This document shows, piece by piece, positions 60,700 through 64,000 of a stretch of DNA of 64,000 bases (the first letter of the stretch is position 1; each line of letters starts with the position of its first letter). The stretch is from Raillietiella orientalis (taxonomy: Eukaryota), in contig JAYWIR010000006.1 of the NCBI GenBank assembly GCA_036172245.1, forward strand, positions 1,984,001 to 2,048,000, in the 5' to 3' direction. A model generated the notes under the pieces. It ran no database searches. It was not told where the DNA came from and saw only the letters and a list, made by a program, of their open reading frames with translations. Both the position numbers and the translations under genes were made by a program.

Positions 60700-62400
60700 A
60701 AATAAAAATCGGGAACGCAACTGGGGATGGCTTCTCAGAATATTTTCCTACCCTTCCTGACTCCGAGCTGCAGATGGGGATTTATTGATGTCTGGAAGGA
60801 AAATAGAATGAGACCACTAAAGCGCTTGTGTTACTTCCGGAGACCTCCGAGGAGAAAATGTAGCATCACGACGTCAGTCCTGTTCTTATTTGAGCAGACG
60901 GCAAAATCATTCGGTCCACTGGATTTCCATGATGCATGGAACGTTCGAATACATCATCAAACACATCGCATCCGATGGACACCCACCGATAAAATCTCCA
61001 AGGGGGCTGGCAACCAATGCTTGCGCAGAGTCCTGCATACCAATATGGAGCAAGAAAAGGTCTCCTTGTGCTCACATGCCTTCCTGGTAAGCACGCCGTG
61101 CTCTTGAATTGGGGTAGGCAGATCGCCAGGATTGCGAACCCATTTCCCTCCCTCAGCACATGGCAAGGTTTAGTCCGGAAATCATGGGAGTCCGTTCGCG
61201 GTCACAGGACTCGAGAAAACACTTTGGAGATACAGAATATGATGAGCGGACGCTTAATCTCACTCCAGGAACTGTCTGCAAGAGCGATATCCTTCCTGTA
61301 CTCTGGCTGCTGCCTTGCGCATGAGGAGGATATCGAGGAGATGAAGCGGCGTGCTGTTCAAGAAACCTTAGGAGGTGGCTGGAAACACGATGACCAAAGC
61401 CAATGCAGGACGTCAAACCCATGGATCCGGATGCCCTTTACCCAGGAAAGGGTATCCGAAACTCAGGTGCCTCCCTACTGTGGGCAGCACAGCTGCCTCA
61501 GAAGCGAATTTGTGCCACATGGTGTGTTCGGAAAAGATCACACCATTCTCCTTGGGTTCTCCTTTATGCAACGTTTAGTGAGTCCGCACACATGGGATCA
61601 AGACCAATGCCCTTCCGCCGAAACACTTCATAATTCTTCGCCTAGCCGACTTTCCAGACATGTCGAAGGACGTGAACTTTCCCAGGTACCCTTCCATGAG
61701 TGAAGATGGAATTCTTCTGGATACTGCAGTGGCTGAAGATGCTCGGGTAAGCTCCAGACTGCCTTATTATGGAGATGCCGACAGCTTCAGTTAGCTGCCA
61801 GCGGCGAAGTTGTCGGCTTTACTCGTCGGGTTCACGAGTCCGAGGTCTCATGAACCTTCTGGAATTCGTTTGTAAACGAAGCCTCCATAAGCGTACTCAT
61901 TTGGCTCCCGGCTTGTCTTCTCTAGACTTCATCTCACTTCAAAGAGCGCCTAGTGAGGATGACAAGGTTCATAAAAAATAGTCACAATTAAGAACTTCAC
62001 TTTCCTGGAGTTGACGGGTCTGAGAGGAAACCATCAGTTTCCTGGAATGGGAGCTCCGTTCTTAGAGCACGGAAATGCTTAAAAGGAGACGCTTCTAAAG
62101 GCAGTCCGCGCTCGTGTAAATTTGCGAAGGGTCTGAGGGATATTCAATTGGAAATGATGGAAATACCAGATGTGGGAAACATCGAATGGTTTCTTCTCTC
62201 GTTCGGGTTGCTAATGAGGTAGCACGAATGGTTCAGCGGCTCTTAGGACTGATAAAACGTGAGGAGCAACGCTGATGAGACTTTCCCTGGAACTCATATC
62301 AGCTGCTGACCACTGCAAGTCAATCTGGAAGAAAATGCTCGTCTTGCTGAGCGATGTGCGTTTTCGGCCGTGCACTGTGGCGAGGAAAATGTTGCTGTGA
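60700..62400 (-). mobile_element. Zinc-finger N-terminal remnant of an RLE-type element
   Basis: Finger-like remnants PLQYPEEF, FPNTPCGTN/FASEAAVL and ETFSCSILVCRTLRKH. Confidence 0.4.
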
Positions 62401-62639
62401 CAGAGTTGCAAATTCGAGGTCGATCGATTTCTTCCTTATTCCCTCAGCTGTGTAACTTCGAGCGGAGAGGGAAAAAATGCGCAGTCTTACAGACTGAAGA
62501 ATGGTCTATCTGATAGCATTTTTGGAGGAGACCTTCATTATCACGAAGCTGAGACGCTTGAGACGGGATGAAAAGTGAGTTGTGAGGAAAAAAGGAAAAA
62601 AAAAAAAACACTACATATTATGGGTAGAAATGAACGTGA

Positions 62640-63520
62640 TTTCCACTAGAAAAGGCAGACACGCCGAGGACTTCATTAATGAATATGTTCTCATTGTGAA
62701 GCAAGATGATTTATCATGGTGATGTCAGAAAAGCTTTTAAAACAAACAAAGAATTGAAAACAGGGAGTATGGAGTTACAGCGTAGCCGACAGTTACAAAG
62801 CCTTAGTAAAGCCATACTCTTTGACTGTATGGCTTTATTAAACTTTTAAGGTCACAGTATCTGTACCAAGACTGGGACTGTGAAATCACATAAATTGCTT
62901 TACTGCGTGTGTTTTAAGAAATAGTCTAAGAATGCTTTCCAATGATTTTGATGAGCGGATCGAGTTGCTGGGAGAATCACTAAGCTGAATTTCCGTTGAT
63001 TGACGTTGAGCCTGGAAAATGGTGTTGATCCTGAGGAAACATTAGAAGATGTCGAGTTGGCATAATCAGACAGCGCTACACCGTGATTCGGATAAAAGGC
63101 CTGACAAAGCAGGGAAGAAAAAAAACATCACCGTTATCACCAAGCGGGAATTTTATCTGAAGGTCATCGCTGTTTTTGCGCGTTGGACCTCTGAAACAGT
63201 TCGCTCAAGTAAAATCCAGAAAAAAAACTGGCCCATGAGCATTTAAAACCCTCATTTAAAGTTACTTGAAGGAGTGTCTTTTCCTAATGAGACCTCGGCC
63301 TCACATGAGCCTTGTCAACTCTCCAATCATCAAAAAGGGTCACGAAGGTAAAATCCTTTATGCTTTCCTTCATGGAAGAGAGACGACAGCACTAAGAATA
63401 CAATCGAGTGATGTCTTAACAGCGAAGAACACACAGATGCCGAGCATTTGACTCGACTCCATGGTCATTCAAGTTTCATATTTGAAGTCCAATATCACTT
63501 GAAACGCATGTAAGTGTTAG
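62640..63520 (+). mobile_element. AT-rich segment, possibly a decayed hAT transposase C-terminus
   Basis: QLQSLSKAILFD, EFYLKVIAVFARW, LKPSFK and AFLHGRETTALR loosely follow the hAT C-terminal order. Many stops. Confidence 0.2.
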
Positions 63521-64000
63521 CAGATTCGCAGGGATGCAACCTGTGTCCGTGTTGTCTAGCGATCCCCCAAACACTATATGTAGCTGCAAAGTAATCGGAA
63601 ATTCGCCCACATGAGATTTAGTGAAAAAGAAAAAAAAGAAGAGTCAGGTTTGGAAGAAGGAATGCACGGAAGGAAATTCCCGTGGCTTCTGCCTTCTTTT
63701 CGATCTGTTCATCTCCTTCTATGTTGACGAGGTCTGGTACCTCTGGTCGGAGAATTTTCGAAGGTGACGTGGTGATGTTCCGGGGCAAGGCGAAGATGTT
63801 GGACGAGTGCAGGACCGGGATTGGATTCGTACCTGAAGCTCTTTGCCAAGCGCTGGGAGCCTTCTCCACGGAGACGGCCGCTTGCTTGATTTTCGGCGTC
63901 GCCCGCAACTTCGAGTTCCTATTGACACTCAAACTTGCAGTTCTATTCTTGTGCTTTTCAGGGTTTTCTAGACTTTGGGTCATGTAGATGTCCCTGCTTT

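Noticed and set aside
1..64000. Non-standard genetic code to explain the many stops
   Set aside because: The fossils contain all three stops plus frameshifts, and the DCTN3 exons read cleanly in the standard code and end in TAA.

Overview
This is eukaryotic genomic DNA, with tiny GT-AG spliceosomal introns and no prokaryotic operon structure; I cannot identify the organism from the sequence alone. An AT-rich island at about 3.6-10.6 kb carries one well-supported host gene, dynactin subunit p24/p22 (DCTN3, minus strand, one 42-nt intron). The island also holds two weaker spliced ORFs (SPRY-like and jacalin-like) and a possible hAT transposon remnant. Most of the rest is a dense, nested graveyard of frameshifted non-LTR retrotransposons of two classes. 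Class 1 comprises RLE-type elements most like the NeSL/Utopia group, with N-terminal zinc fingers, RT, an LxPWQK thumb, a CCHC knuckle and a PD-(D/E)xK endonuclease ending in GxWD...SRDIY. Class 2 comprises APE-type L1/Tx1-like elements, with a (I/V)(Y/F)AP endonuclease motif, an RT thumb and a zf-RVT C-terminus. None is intact. Notable structure includes an RT-less internally deleted RLE copy with a near-perfect 26-bp 3'-UTR hairpin, a tRNA-headed SINE-like family linked to a 40-50-nt repeat array, head-to-head and head-to-tail element pairs, and no convincing U2/rRNA target flanks. Motifs were read by eye and no database search was run. Retroelement boundaries are approximate (about +/-100-200 nt).
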